Positions 1 through 10,442 of a DNA stretch of 64,000 bases are shown here, piece after piece; position 1 is the stretch's first letter, and each line of letters begins with the position of its first letter. The notes under the pieces are model-generated. The model had not been told where the DNA came from. It saw only the letters and a program-made list of their open reading frames with translations, and did no database searches. The DNA is taken from the NCBI GenBank assembly GCA_963667175.2, contig CAXXXF010000015.1, positions 768,001 through 832,000 on the forward strand. The letters are read 5' to 3'. Source of the stretch: Candidatus Latescibacterota bacterium. Its GTDB lineage: Bacteria; Latescibacterota; UBA2968; GCA-2709665. The position numbers and the translations under genes were made by a program.

Positions 1-837
1 CCGAATCAGCGATCTGACTTTTTCCGGCGGATGGTCCGTCAACACCGTGTTGGGACCCGGGTCCGGGCGAGGATAACCCAGGGGTTCCATCGACATATAC
101 ACCATGACTCCGTGTCCGGCCGCGGCCGCCTGTTCGGCAATCCACGCGGATTTTTCCCGGCGCGGAAAGATCGAGAGCGTTATCGTCTGTTTCAACGCGC
201 AGAATCCCCGAACCAATGCCTCGTCCTGATGCCCGAAATCGACAACAATTATGGCAATTCGGCCCGGCGTCCGGGCGAGCGCTTTTTTTCGTCTCAATAT
301 GATCTGATTCGTGCGGATGCCATCCCTGCCCAGAACGATCGACAGACTGCCGCGCTTGCGATCCTCAACGGCTTCAACAACGTCGCCGCCCAGGCGCCGG
401 GCGAGCCGGGTCAGCTGCAGATTGCAGACCGCCAATGGCAACGTGCCGGGCACATCGGAGGTCATCACCCATCGGGCGGTACTTTCGGTGGGAGTCGGGG
501 AGCGTTTCACGGACACGACCCTGTCGGGAACCCCAAGCTTTTTCAGTACAGCGGGCGCCCGTGATGCCACGGAATCGGCAAACGCCAGCGGACTCGCCGG
601 AAGCGTGCGCCATTGCGCCTGCTGATTCAACGAGATTTTCCGATCATAAGGAGGAGCATCCATCGTGCGCCACCGCATCCATCCAGCCAGGCCGACGACC
701 AACGCCAGAAGAAATGCCAGCGACCAGAGGCGAAACGACAACCTTCGCCGCCTGCGGGCCATCCTCTTTCGGCGAGACCGACGGGTCTTTTCCGGCGCGC
801 CGGCAATACCGGTACGCCTGCGGGACGTCTTTGCCAT
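1..837 (-). CDS. Divergent polysaccharide deacetylase family protein (YibQ-like), membrane anchored; runs off the window
   Basis: Not in the ORF track; translated by hand from ATG 837 (alternative 762). Basic N-terminus, TM helix LWSLAFLLALVVGLAGW, then GRIAIIVVDFG...ITLSIFP...GHGVMVYMSMEPLGYPRPDPGP, matching the Polysacc_deac_2 pattern IAIxIDDxG / HxPMEP..YP..DPGP. Confidence 0.75.
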   Translation of the reverse strand, partial: MAKTSRRRTGIAGAPEKTRRSRRKRMARRRRRLSFRLWSLAFLLALVVGLAGWMRWRTMDAPPYDRKISLNQQAQWRTLPASPLAFADSVASRAPAVLKKLGVPDRVVSVKRSPTPTESTARWVMTSDVPGTLPLAVCNLQLTRLARRLGGDVVEAVEDRKRGSLSIVLGRDGIRTNQIILRRKKALARTPGRIAIIVVDFGHQDEALVRGFCALKQTITLSIFPRREKSAWIAEQAAAAGHGVMVYMSMEPLGYPRPDPGPNTVLTDHPPEKVRSLIR

Positions 838-1014
838 AGGAGCGAGAGCAAACGTGGAACGCGTGAGGCGAGTCCGGACGCGAGGCGGCTCGGACAAACG
901 GAGCCAGGTTCGCTTCCGGACAACCGAAACGTAAAGATGACGCGGGATCAATCGGGGGAGAATTGTCGTGCCTGAATTACGGCGCCGGGGAGAAAGAGCG
1001 CGTCCGTGGGGAAT

Positions 1015-1971
1015 TCAGGGCGCCGAAAAACTGATGGGCCGCGGCACAAAACACAGCAGGAAGATGATCAGAGAAACATACCCCATCAGTTTCCGAAACG
1101 GATTGAGGGCCGACTGGGGGTCGTCCGGCGGGGAATGCCGGCGCCCCAACACCAACGCGATAAGTATCCAGATGAGCCAACCCGGCCACCGGGTGTCGAG
1201 CCAGGTGGAAAATCCATGTTGGGCGTAAAACCAGTCATACGGCGGCCCCAGCGCCCACAAGGCGCCAAGCGTGACCAGCGCTATCCTGGAAACCAGCGCG
1301 TGAACCTTCCCCCCTCCGAAGGCATATACAATATGCCCGCCGTCGAACTGTCCCAGCGGCATCAGGTTCAGCGCCGTCACGAATAGACCCAGCCATCCGG
1401 CCACGAAGATCGGATGGTCGTAAATTGCATACCCTTCCGGAAGATCGCCGATAATCTGATTCGCCAGCCAGCCGCCCAGGATGGAATTTCCGAGTGAAAT
1501 CCCGCCCCCGGCGAACGCCGAGACGGGCACGATAACCGACAGATGCAATCCGACGACCAGGGCAAGCAGCGCGACCACGAAGCCGGCAAGCGGTCCGGAC
1601 GCCCCGATGTCCATCAGCGCGCGCCGATTCGGAATGGGGGATCTGATTTTGATTACCGCGCCCAGGGTGCCGATGAAAGAAGGAAACGGAATGAAATAGG
1701 GCAGGGTTGCGCGCACCTTCCAGTGGCGTGAAGTAAGATAGTGCCCCATTTCGTGGATGCCCAGGATCAGAAGCAACGTTCCGGAAAACGGCAGCCCCAT
1801 AATCAGATATTTCGGATTCCACAGCAGGGACAGCGAAAGGGAATCCGGCGGTAAGGACCCTGGAGACACCGCCATGCGCATGGCCACCGCCATTTGCACA
1901 CCTGCCGCTGTTGTCGTGTACGCCGTGAGTGCGAACAACAACACGTTGAGCCGGACGCGGTCACCTGACAA
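1015..1971 (-). CDS. Site-2 protease (peptidase M50) family membrane metalloprotease
   Basis: HEMGH zinc motif, NLMPLGQFDGGH, GPLAG and many TM helices. The track ORF extends to 2205 but overlaps the upstream gene; TTG at 1971 after GAGG is the more likely start. Confidence 0.9.
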   Translation of the reverse strand: MSGDRVRLNVLLFALTAYTTTAAGVQMAVAMRMAVSPGSLPPDSLSLSLLWNPKYLIMGLPFSGTLLLILGIHEMGHYLTSRHWKVRATLPYFIPFPSFIGTLGAVIKIRSPIPNRRALMDIGASGPLAGFVVALLALVVGLHLSVIVPVSAFAGGGISLGNSILGGWLANQIIGDLPEGYAIYDHPIFVAGWLGLFVTALNLMPLGQFDGGHIVYAFGGGKVHALVSRIALVTLGALWALGPPYDWFYAQHGFSTWLDTRWPGWLIWILIALVLGRRHSPPDDPQSALNPFRKLMGYVSLIIFLLCFVPRPISFSAP

Positions 1972-2044
1972 AAATGCCTCGTTCTCAGCGTGATTTTTCG
2001 TAAAGCGCCAGGTTGACGCGAAGCGGACCCGGTTCCCGCGCCGG

Positions 2045-2968
2045 TTACCTGATTCCGAACTCCAGCCGATGTGAATCGTCGAGCCCCAACGCGGCCGGCA
2101 CGTAGGCATATTCCATCCGCCAACCGCCCGGCTGAATCCCGAATCCGAAGGACCAGTCGCGGATGTCATTCCCCGTACGGTACCCGCTCCGCAGACACAG
2201 CGCACCCTTTACGCGCAGTTCCAGACCTGCATGCATACCCGCGGGACCGTGTCTGGGCGCCCGCAGATCGAGAGAACCGGTCAGCCATTTCGCCCGCCAG
2301 GCGATTCCGGCTCGAAACGTCCCCGGAAGAGGCGCCCTCTGCGCGTCCAGGGCCTCCATCCGACCCAGGTTCCGATAGCTGGCCCCCGCAGTCAGACCCT
2401 TATTCTCAAAGCGGTAGAGTAAGCCGAGATCCACGCTGACTCCGGACGCCCGCTCGGGGCCGATGGATTCGTGCAGTGCGCGCAAGGTTGTGCCCGCGTA
2501 AAACCCCTCCTTGATCCGTCTTGCATAGGAGAGCCCCGCGTTGATTTCGTAGATGCCAAACGTCCCCTGTGGCTGCGCGGATGGCCCGGTGCGCGCTTCG
2601 ATTCCGCTAACGGAATAGATGCCCAGGCTCAGTGCCACGCCGGACCGGCTGTTGCCATATGCCCATCCGCCGTAAATTTGCTGGATTTCCTGAAACGAAC
2701 TGTGATGAGTGATCAGAAAGTCTTTTCCCGTCAGCGCGCCGATGCCCGCCGGATTCCAGGACGCCGCCGTCTGATCGACCGCAACCGCCGTGTACGCGCC
2801 GCCCATCGCCTCCGCGCGGGCGCCTACTCCCTCCCGAAGCAGCACGAATCCGGCGCCCTTACCGGACGCCTCTGCCCCGTCTGCCGATCCCCAAACCAAT
2901 ACAAGACCGCAGACCCACAATATTCGCCGTACGGACCTCACGACAACCTCCCTGCACACGCGAAACAT
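2045..2968 (-). CDS. PorV/PorQ-family outer-membrane beta-barrel protein
   Basis: Signal peptide, GVGARAEAMGGAYTAVAVDQTAASWNPAG (FadL/PorV N-terminal signature) and amphipathic beta strands ending LDDSHRLEFGIR. Confidence 0.8.
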   Translation of the reverse strand: MFRVCREVVVRSVRRILWVCGLVLVWGSADGAEASGKGAGFVLLREGVGARAEAMGGAYTAVAVDQTAASWNPAGIGALTGKDFLITHHSSFQEIQQIYGGWAYGNSRSGVALSLGIYSVSGIEARTGPSAQPQGTFGIYEINAGLSYARRIKEGFYAGTTLRALHESIGPERASGVSVDLGLLYRFENKGLTAGASYRNLGRMEALDAQRAPLPGTFRAGIAWRAKWLTGSLDLRAPRHGPAGMHAGLELRVKGALCLRSGYRTGNDIRDWSFGFGIQPGGWRMEYAYVPAALGLDDSHRLEFGIR

Positions 2969-3048
2969 GACCTATCACATTTCCTTTAAACTTTAAACAA
3001 TGCAGGCGGAAGAGTCAATATTCAATGGAGAACAACTGTGCAAAACCT

Positions 3049-4065
3049 TCATCGCAAGGCCACGTCGTGCGCATTCTCATCCGCCGCTTTCTGAATCCTG
3101 AGCACCGTTCTGGCGGCGCGAATCACCGACACCGTGTGCCGTTCATCGGCTTCCGCGTCGCCCTTGATATCCCTTAAAAACGCCTCCAGGTATCCTCCGG
3201 ACCGATCTTCCGGTATCGGTCGCGTTTCCACCCGTTCCGAATCCTTCCACGCAACCTGGATGGTATCCTGTGTGGTACCTGCTTCGAGCACGCCGTCCCT
3301 GCCCCAGAACGTGTAACGCCAGTAGAACGGCAGGGAATATCCCGCTTTGTCGGGCATGAAGTACGACACGTCTCCGAGCACGCCGCAACCGTTGTCCATC
3401 GTCAACATCATCTGGGCGCCGTCGTGAAAATGTGGAAACTCCGGTGCGAATGCATTCCAGCATCTGGCGGCGTTCACCAATTCGAATTCCAGGCCCGTAA
3501 TCCACGGAAGGCAGTCGATTGCGTGAATGGCAAGGTCGTTGATCGTGCCTCCGTGTTTCCCCTCCTCGAAATACCAGCCGGGGCGCTTGCCAAGCATCAG
3601 CGGATGCTGCCCGCCGAATGAAATCGCGTGGACCTCCCCGATCGTTCCCTCCCGGATCAACTTCCTCGCGCCGATGGTCTGGCCGTGGTCCCGCATCGAT
3701 AGCATGCATCCTACCCTTACGTCTATCTCATCCGCGATCCGTTCAATTTCGTCGAGTTCGTCGAGGCTGGTGCACAATGGTTTATCCAGGATGACATGCT
3801 TTCCCGCGTTTAAAGCGTCAATGGCCGCACTGCCGCGACGGGCGAAATATTCTCCGATGGCCACGACGTCGCAATCCACGTCGCGCAACATCCCCGAGGG
3901 GTCCGAATGCGTGATTCTTGCCCCCGCCTCCTCAGCCGCCGCACGCGCCGTCTCATCCGATTCGCAGGCGCCCACCACCTCCACGTCATCGTGCGCGACC
4001 GCCCTTCTGTACAGATCGTGAATATGCGCATGACGAAATCCGACAAAAGCAAACCGAACCGACAT
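3049..4065 (-). CDS. Gfo/Idh/MocA family oxidoreductase
   Basis: N-terminal Rossmann fold, GKHVILDKP, GGTINDLAIHAID; GGAGG RBS before ATG 4065. Confidence 0.9.
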   Translation of the reverse strand: MSVRFAFVGFRHAHIHDLYRRAVAHDDVEVVGACESDETARAAAEEAGARITHSDPSGMLRDVDCDVVAIGEYFARRGSAAIDALNAGKHVILDKPLCTSLDELDEIERIADEIDVRVGCMLSMRDHGQTIGARKLIREGTIGEVHAISFGGQHPLMLGKRPGWYFEEGKHGGTINDLAIHAIDCLPWITGLEFELVNAARCWNAFAPEFPHFHDGAQMMLTMDNGCGVLGDVSYFMPDKAGYSLPFYWRYTFWGRDGVLEAGTTQDTIQVAWKDSERVETRPIPEDRSGGYLEAFLRDIKGDAEADERHTVSVIRAARTVLRIQKAADENAHDVALR

Positions 4066-4273
4066 ATCGCCTCCAGGTCTGATCAATCGAGATGAATATC
4101 AGTTTTCCCTTTCGCGTTCCAGGCTGTTACATTACCATTCTTACAATATACCTTACGAGCGAATCGAAATCCTGAAAAAACGCCAGCAGAAAGTCTGCCG
4201 GACCATCGCTGTCCGTGAACGGCACGGGCGGGGATTTGCTCACAAACCCGTTTCATCCGCCAGAGGCGCCGAT

Positions 4274-5113
4274 ATGCCGAATCTACTCAGCCAACAACAA
4301 CTCGCCTTTTTCGACACGTTCGGCTATCTGTGCCTGCCGGGGCTGATGTCGGACGTTATCGACGACATCATCGACGCATTCGAGCAGGTCTGGGCGGACC
4401 GCGGAGGCGGCCACCACGGAAAGCCGCACGACGGAGAGCGGCGGTCCTGTATCGTACCGTTTATCGACCAGCACGAACGACTCTGCGCACTGCTCGACGA
4501 TCCCCGCATCAACGGATTGCTCGTCGACCTGCTCGGTTGCGACTACAACTACGTCGGCTCCGACGGCAACTACTATGCCGGCGATACCGTCTGGCATTCC
4601 GACGGGTGGGGCAAAACCGTCCGATTCGTCAAGATCGCCTTCTACCTCGATCCCCTGACCCGGTACACGGGCTGTCTGAGAGTGATCCCGGGGAGCCATA
4701 ACCTGGAGGATCGCTTCGGCCAAACCGTGCAGGAACAGATCCGGGAATCCGTGCGCAACTGGGGTGTCGAAGGCGAAGACCTCCTTCCCGGGGTCGGGCT
4801 GGAAACCCACCCGGGAGATATCGCCGTTTTCAACCACAACCTCAAACACGCCGCTTTCGGCGGCAGCCCCAGAAGACGCATGTTCACCATCAACTGTTCA
4901 CAGCGCTTTCCCGAGGATAGAATCGAAGACTTCAAGAGTTACATTTCCGGCCATGCCCGTTTCTGGATCGACCGGTTATACGGCGAGACGATGGTCGCAA
5001 CCGCCGGCCCCGCACGCCGGATCCACCTCGAGCAGGGTCTGGCGCACGACGGCCACCTGGCCGAACTGGCGGCCAGGTCCCGGAAGGAGATGCCCGAACC
5101 TTCCCGGGGATGA
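4274..5113 (+). CDS. Phytanoyl-CoA dioxygenase (PhyH) family Fe(II)/2OG dioxygenase
   Basis: FFDTFGYL start, WHSD (HxD), GCLRVIPGSH, distal His in NLKHAA. Confidence 0.9.
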   Translation: MPNLLSQQQLAFFDTFGYLCLPGLMSDVIDDIIDAFEQVWADRGGGHHGKPHDGERRSCIVPFIDQHERLCALLDDPRINGLLVDLLGCDYNYVGSDGNYYAGDTVWHSDGWGKTVRFVKIAFYLDPLTRYTGCLRVIPGSHNLEDRFGQTVQEQIRESVRNWGVEGEDLLPGVGLETHPGDIAVFNHNLKHAAFGGSPRRRMFTINCSQRFPEDRIEDFKSYISGHARFWIDRLYGETMVATAGPARRIHLEQGLAHDGHLAELAARSRKEMPEPSRG

Positions 5114-5206
5114 ACAGCGCGGGCGGAGATTGCGTTGAGGGTTCGAGGGGGTATTCGGTTTTGCCTGAGTAAAGGCGTCGTTCCTGGACGGCGCCGGTTT
5201 GGTGAC

Positions 5207-5410
5207 TCACTGAAGGAGGGATTCGATTAGATGAACAACGACGCATGCCAGGACAACGCCAAGCGTCCACTTAATCAGCTTGATGTCGCTTTGCATGGCT
5301 GATGGCTTCCGTTCGAAATCGGCTATTTCTTCGGCGGTTTCTCTGGCGGCTTCTTCCGGGGCGCCGGCGGCGACAAGAGCGGCGTATGTCTTCGAGAGCA
5401 TGATGGGCAT
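5207..5410 (-). CDS. Small coiled-coil protein with C-terminal TM helix (DUF1640/CCDC90-like)
   Basis: YAALVAAGAPEEAARETAEE...SDIKLIKWTLG plus hydrophobic tail; GGAAGG RBS. Confidence 0.6.
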   Translation of the reverse strand: MPIMLSKTYAALVAAGAPEEAARETAEEIADFERKPSAMQSDIKLIKWTLGVVLACVVVHLIESLLQ

Positions 5411-5821
5411 TTGCTATCCCTTCCGATTGAACGTTTGAGAATGGCACAATGCCCTTGACACGCAGATCATCGAGGCCTTGTCCATTCGTCAGGAGCCATC
5501 GATACAAGATACACACTTGCCGCCTAATTGAAAAGATACTTGGTCGTTCACGTGAGTACGAATTGGAGGAATCTCTGGTCTTTACCTGTTGTACGAGCCC
5601 TGTGCCAGTGTCCTATCCCAAAATTACCTCACCATTCTTCCGCCTGCCTGCGCAGCGTACTGCGCTGCAGGCAGGCAGTTTCATCCCGTCTCCTGATGTT
5701 GCTTGCGCTGAGCTTGTCGAAGTGCCATCGCTCGCCGACCGTGCCAGGTCGCTGGCGCCTTGCGAGCCGGGCGACTCTGCGGCCGAATTCAGGCGCCTTA
5801 TTTCCGTGACAGAACATCAGG

Positions 5822-7084
5822 TCATTCGATATATCCCAGATTTCTCAATCTTGATGCCAGAATGTCGGCCTCGGCTTGTGTGGTTTCCTGTGCTTGAAGG
5901 TGTATGTAATTCGACCCGTTCAGAATCTCGTTCCGTGCAGCCCTGTACGGTCCGGAATCGATGAACGGCAGGTCCGCACCGCTGAACACGTCCCGCAGCA
6001 CGCAATCCTTGCCGTCCTCTCCTTCTCTGTAGAATACATGCCCGTCCGAAACCGACCACATGCGTAAACCATCCACGTCCCGCTTCAGTTCCACGCCGTC
6101 CATCGCCACGCGCGAAGTCACCCGTTCGCGGGCGGCCTCCAGGTTTCCCGGATTCAGGAATCCCGAGCCGTAGGAATTGTCGAGTTCCGAGTACACCCAG
6201 CGGCGCCCAAAGGGTTCCGCACTCCCCAGAAAATCGAGACCATATCCTTTATAGTCTGCCTCGAGTCCGGCCAGGTTGACGACCGTGGGGAACAGATCGA
6301 CCATTGACATCGGCCCCGTGGGCAGCCGTAACCCATCGTGTCCCGGGACGGATGCCAGCAGCGGCACGTGGATGACGTTCTCATGCAGGAGGTCCCCGTG
6401 CGCCAACCCCTCCTTGCAGAACCCTTCCCCATGATCGCCCAGAATAAACACTGCCCAGTCGTCAAGATTCACACGCTTCAGGATCTCCACGAGCAGGAAT
6501 TCCTGCACGTGCGTCGCCGCCGCGTAGTAGAACCGCAGCGCCTCCTGCACCTTGCCGGCATCCACCAGCGCTTTAAGATTCGGCGTTCCCGGAATCCCCC
6601 TCGCCCCGTATCCGCCATGCGTATACCAGAAATGCAAGAAACAAAACCGCGGCCTGTCCACGCCTTCGAATGCCGAATGCAACAGGTCTTCCAACGAACC
6701 GAGATGCTGATCCGTCGCACTGGGATCCATGGGTCCGATATGACGCTCGTAGTCCAGAAAACGGAACACGTCCATCCGCTCGGAGCGGCCATGGATTTCA
6801 AAGCCCGCCTCGGAGAACAACTGAAACAGATTCGGAATCCCCGCGAACATCTTCAGATACGTCTGCCCGTACAGTCCGTGCTCAAACGGGTACAGCCCTG
6901 TAAACATGGAGGTGTGAGACGGGCGCGTTGCCGGCGCCGTCACGAAAAACCGCTCGGCGAACGCATAATCCCTTGTCAACAGGTCGAATTTGGGGGTATT
7001 CAGCCGGCGATTGACGCGGCTCACCGCATCGTAACGAAGGCAGTCGACGGAAATCAGCAGAAACTTGCCAACCGGGTGACCCAT
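5822..7084 (-). CDS. Sulfatase-like hydrolase (alkaline phosphatase superfamily)
   Basis: ISVDCLRYD, TRPSHTSMFTGLYP, GDHGE, IHVPLL, C-terminal LRNLGYIE. Confidence 0.85.
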   Translation of the reverse strand: MGHPVGKFLLISVDCLRYDAVSRVNRRLNTPKFDLLTRDYAFAERFFVTAPATRPSHTSMFTGLYPFEHGLYGQTYLKMFAGIPNLFQLFSEAGFEIHGRSERMDVFRFLDYERHIGPMDPSATDQHLGSLEDLLHSAFEGVDRPRFCFLHFWYTHGGYGARGIPGTPNLKALVDAGKVQEALRFYYAAATHVQEFLLVEILKRVNLDDWAVFILGDHGEGFCKEGLAHGDLLHENVIHVPLLASVPGHDGLRLPTGPMSMVDLFPTVVNLAGLEADYKGYGLDFLGSAEPFGRRWVYSELDNSYGSGFLNPGNLEAARERVTSRVAMDGVELKRDVDGLRMWSVSDGHVFYREGEDGKDCVLRDVFSGADLPFIDSGPYRAARNEILNGSNYIHLQAQETTQAEADILASRLRNLGYIE

Positions 7085-7197
7085 AGCTATACGGAATTCG
7101 CATGGATGGACAGGACGGGAACACGTAAGCTCGAAGACCATAATAAAGTCCAGAATCCCCCGTTTGGCAAGTACATCGATCCCGATTTATTCATAAG

Positions 7198-7225
7198 TTG
7201 ACAACCCACAAATCCCGTTTATCAT
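7198..7225 (+). promoter_or_regulatory. sigma70-like promoter for the 7256 gene cluster
   Basis: TTGACA-N16-TATCAT about 30 bp upstream of ATG 7256. Confidence 0.5.
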
Positions 7226-7255
7226 GTCCGAGGGTCCTTATTCCTGAGAACAATT

Positions 7256-8335
7256 ATGGTACCTACCGGGCGCGGATTCGACCTGCGCGGCACGCTCGAA
7301 TGCGGCTGGAATATATTCAGACGCAAGGGATATTCAAATCATCCGCGGGACATATCCGTCAATCATGCCTATATTGACCACCTTGCCGAGTCCGGACTCA
7401 ACTGTCTGGTCGTGTTCTGGACCAATGTCAGAGGTTTTAACGACGCGTGGTATGAGGCAGTGGAACATGCCCATACCGTCGGTCTGAAGCTCATACGCGC
7501 CATCTACGGATTCAGCGGCGGCGGTTCCGAATACACCATGGCGGAACCGGACGCGCCGGCGCATCTGCTGCGCCCGGCCGCGAAAGGACGGGAACTCGCC
7601 CTCTGTCCGCACGACGCTGAAACACGCGCCTGGATGGGTGGTATCCTGGCCGATCGACTCGCGCCCGGCGTGGACGGCATCGACGTCGAGCCCGCGCGTG
7701 AAATCGGCCGAAACTGCGTATGCGAACGCTGCAGTACGCTTCGTCCGTTTCAATGGGATGCCTATGTGATCGGTTTTCTGGCGGAACGGATATACGCCAT
7801 CAGGCCGGATGCCGAAATCCTTCTACACCTCAGTATGGCGCCGGATAAAGCCGGAAAACAGCAGATGTCGAATGACCTGCAGTGCCTGCCCGAATCCATC
7901 CGTCACATCTTCGCCTGGGGCGCTGACGACGAAGCAAGCCTCGTCGACTGGCTTGACGCGGATTCCAGATTCGAACACTTCGCCAAACTCGGCCGCGTCC
8001 TCCTGTTTCCGGACGGGACGACCGCGGGACTGTCCGTCCAGGAGCGCGTTACCCGCACCTTTCGGTGGTGCAGTCTGGCTGCGGACCGGGGGAAGGCCGG
8101 ATACCTCTTCGATTACCGCATTTTCGGGGGAAGAGAATGGCAGGGGCACGCAAACGAAGTCCCCCGAACCCGAACCGGCGGCAAAAGGCCCGCATCGGTC
8201 GCCCTGATGGGCGCCGCCATGAAGAATCCGTATTTGAACACGGCCGGCCGGCTTGAACTCATCGCCCGCCTGAAGTCCGAGTGCGACTGGGACCTGGATA
8301 ATCCCGCTCGTTTCTACAATTCACCCGCCGGATAA
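7256..8335 (+). CDS. Hypothetical protein, possible TIM-barrel glycoside-hydrolase-like fold
   Basis: 359-aa ORF with typical codon usage; LAESGLN, LCP, VDGIDVEP and CVCERC patterns resemble uncharacterised GH-like barrels. Confidence 0.55.
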   Translation: MVPTGRGFDLRGTLECGWNIFRRKGYSNHPRDISVNHAYIDHLAESGLNCLVVFWTNVRGFNDAWYEAVEHAHTVGLKLIRAIYGFSGGGSEYTMAEPDAPAHLLRPAAKGRELALCPHDAETRAWMGGILADRLAPGVDGIDVEPAREIGRNCVCERCSTLRPFQWDAYVIGFLAERIYAIRPDAEILLHLSMAPDKAGKQQMSNDLQCLPESIRHIFAWGADDEASLVDWLDADSRFEHFAKLGRVLLFPDGTTAGLSVQERVTRTFRWCSLAADRGKAGYLFDYRIFGGREWQGHANEVPRTRTGGKRPASVALMGAAMKNPYLNTAGRLELIARLKSECDWDLDNPARFYNSPAG

Positions 8336-8353
8336 ATTCTCCCGTTCAATTCA

Positions 8354-10326
8354 ATGCCGGAAACAGCCAAGCCTCTCATCGCCCTCCAGACTGAATCCGC
8401 GTCGGTTCCCGCCGGCCGCGGCGTCACGCTCCGATCCATCTTTCTGGCCGTGCTCGTCTCCGTCGCCGGGTGCGTCTGGGTCAATTACATCGAGTACGTC
8501 ATCCACGCCTCCCGCATGACCCTCAGCCACTTTCCCATGGGTTCGCTGATGGTCTACCTGGCGCTCGCCCTGGTTCTCGATCCGCTGTGCAAGAAACTCG
8601 CCGCGAGATACGCGCTCTCGCCCACGGAACTCAAGGTTATCCTGGCCGGCGGCCTGGTTGGCGGCGCCATCCCTTCGGTTGGACTGACGGGCTATTTCCT
8701 GGGCGCAATCGCCGCGCCGTACTATTTCGCAACGCCGGAGAACCAGTGGGGCGAGTTCTTCCACCCCTACATTCCCCAATGGCTGGCGCCGCGCAACGTC
8801 AATCACGCACTGGACCACCTGTTTGAAGGCGGTCCGCCCGGCATGGACATTCCCTGGGAGGTCTGGTACATCCCCCTGGCCGCGTGGATGGCCTTGATTA
8901 CGGCCCTTTTTGTGGCCTCCACCAGCCTTTCCGTTATACTCCGACGCCAATGGGTGGAGAGCGAACGGTTGAGTTACCCGATCCTGCGCCCGGTCCTGGA
9001 TCTCACCGACCGGGAGAAGCCCGGGTTTTCGAGGCGTTTCTGGATCGGTTTCGCCGTTGCCATGGGAATTATCAGTTGGAACATGATCCACTACTTTGTA
9101 CCCGGATTTCCGCAGATTCCAAATATCCGCTGGGGTCCCTGGGTGCATTTTGAACGATACTTCCCCGGTATCTGGACCCGCGTCAATATGTTCACCATCT
9201 CCTTCGCCTACTTCGCCAACATCGACGTCCTCTTCAGCCTCTGGTTCTTCTGCGTCCTGTTTATCGTGCGCAGCGGCATCCTCAATCGGTACGGCTACAA
9301 TGCCAGCAGCACCTACACGACGAGCGGCGAGTTCGCCTGGCTTCAACTCGGCGGATTCGTCACGCTGGTTGGTTGGGGATTGTGGATCGCCCGACACCAC
9401 TTGAGATCGGTGATGAGGATCGCCATCGGCCGAAGCGCGTCCCTGGACGATGCCGACGAAATGATGAGATACCGAACAGCCGTGCTCGGTTTCATCCTGA
9501 GCACACTTTTCGCCATATTCTGGTTCTGGCGCGCCGGCATGGGGTTCGGGGTTGCCTGCCTTTCCGTCCTGGCAACTCTGATTATATTCCTTGGCGTATC
9601 CCGAATCGTGGCCGAAGTCGGCCTGGTTTTCGTCTGCACGCCGATTGGCCAGCAGGAAATCGTCACCCGGCTGATCGGGCCGCGGAATCTTTCAGGGCCG
9701 AGCCTCACTGTGCTGGCTTTTTCGAACGCACTGACGTCGTTCGGCAAGGGCCTGTTCATGCCCTCCGTCGTCCACGCCACAAAGATCGCCGACCTCTGCC
9801 CTCGCGAAGACCGCCCCAGGGTCCTGACCGCGATCTTTCTTGCGTTCGCCGCGGGCGTGGCCGCGTCCATCGCTTATACCCTCTACCTGGGATACACCCA
9901 CGGGGCCTACAATTTCAACGATTTTCCGTTCACCAGATACAGCCGGAGCGGCTTCGCGAACGCGCTTTCGAAGATGAAGGATCCGGCGGTCGAGACCAAT
10001 ATCCGACCGATCCTCCTGGCATTGGCGCAGCCGTCATGTCCGTCCTTACGTTTATGAAATAACCGCTTTCCCTGGTGGCCGCTTCACCCGGTGGGTTTTG
10101 CCATTGCCGGGCATCTCATACGTTCCACTTTTTCCACCTTTTCGGTGTTCATCGCGTGGTGCATCAAGTTCATCATCCTGCGCATCGGCGCCGCCGCCCT
10201 GTACCGACGTTATATCCCGTTTTTTCTGGGGCGTCCTGGCGGGCTATACCGCCGGCGTGGGGCTTTCTCTGGTCGTGGACATCATCTGGTTCCCCGGCGC
10301 GGGCCATTCGATTCAACGGATATTGA
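8354..10326 (+). CDS. DUF6785/DUF6784-type multi-pass membrane protein (putative OPT-like transporter), frameshifted near the 3' end
   Basis: Many TM helices, ILRRQWVESERLSYP, SRIVAEVG. The C-terminal RFPWWPLHPVGF...FFLGVLAGY...VVDIIWFPG is present but split over frames by single-base indels between about 10000 and 10320. Confidence 0.7.
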
Positions 10327-10442
10327 ACATTAACGGCGACGGACGGGTGAAGGCGCATGTTCACGTCAACGGGAGATGAAGATCACGGACTGCGGTGCGC
10401 ACGGTGTTTTTTTCGCGCCCCGGAATCCGGGAGGTCGCCGTT

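Noticed and set aside
31-975. Several + strand ORFs at the window start
   Set aside because: The real gene is on the minus strand (1-837) and has a recognisable family motif.
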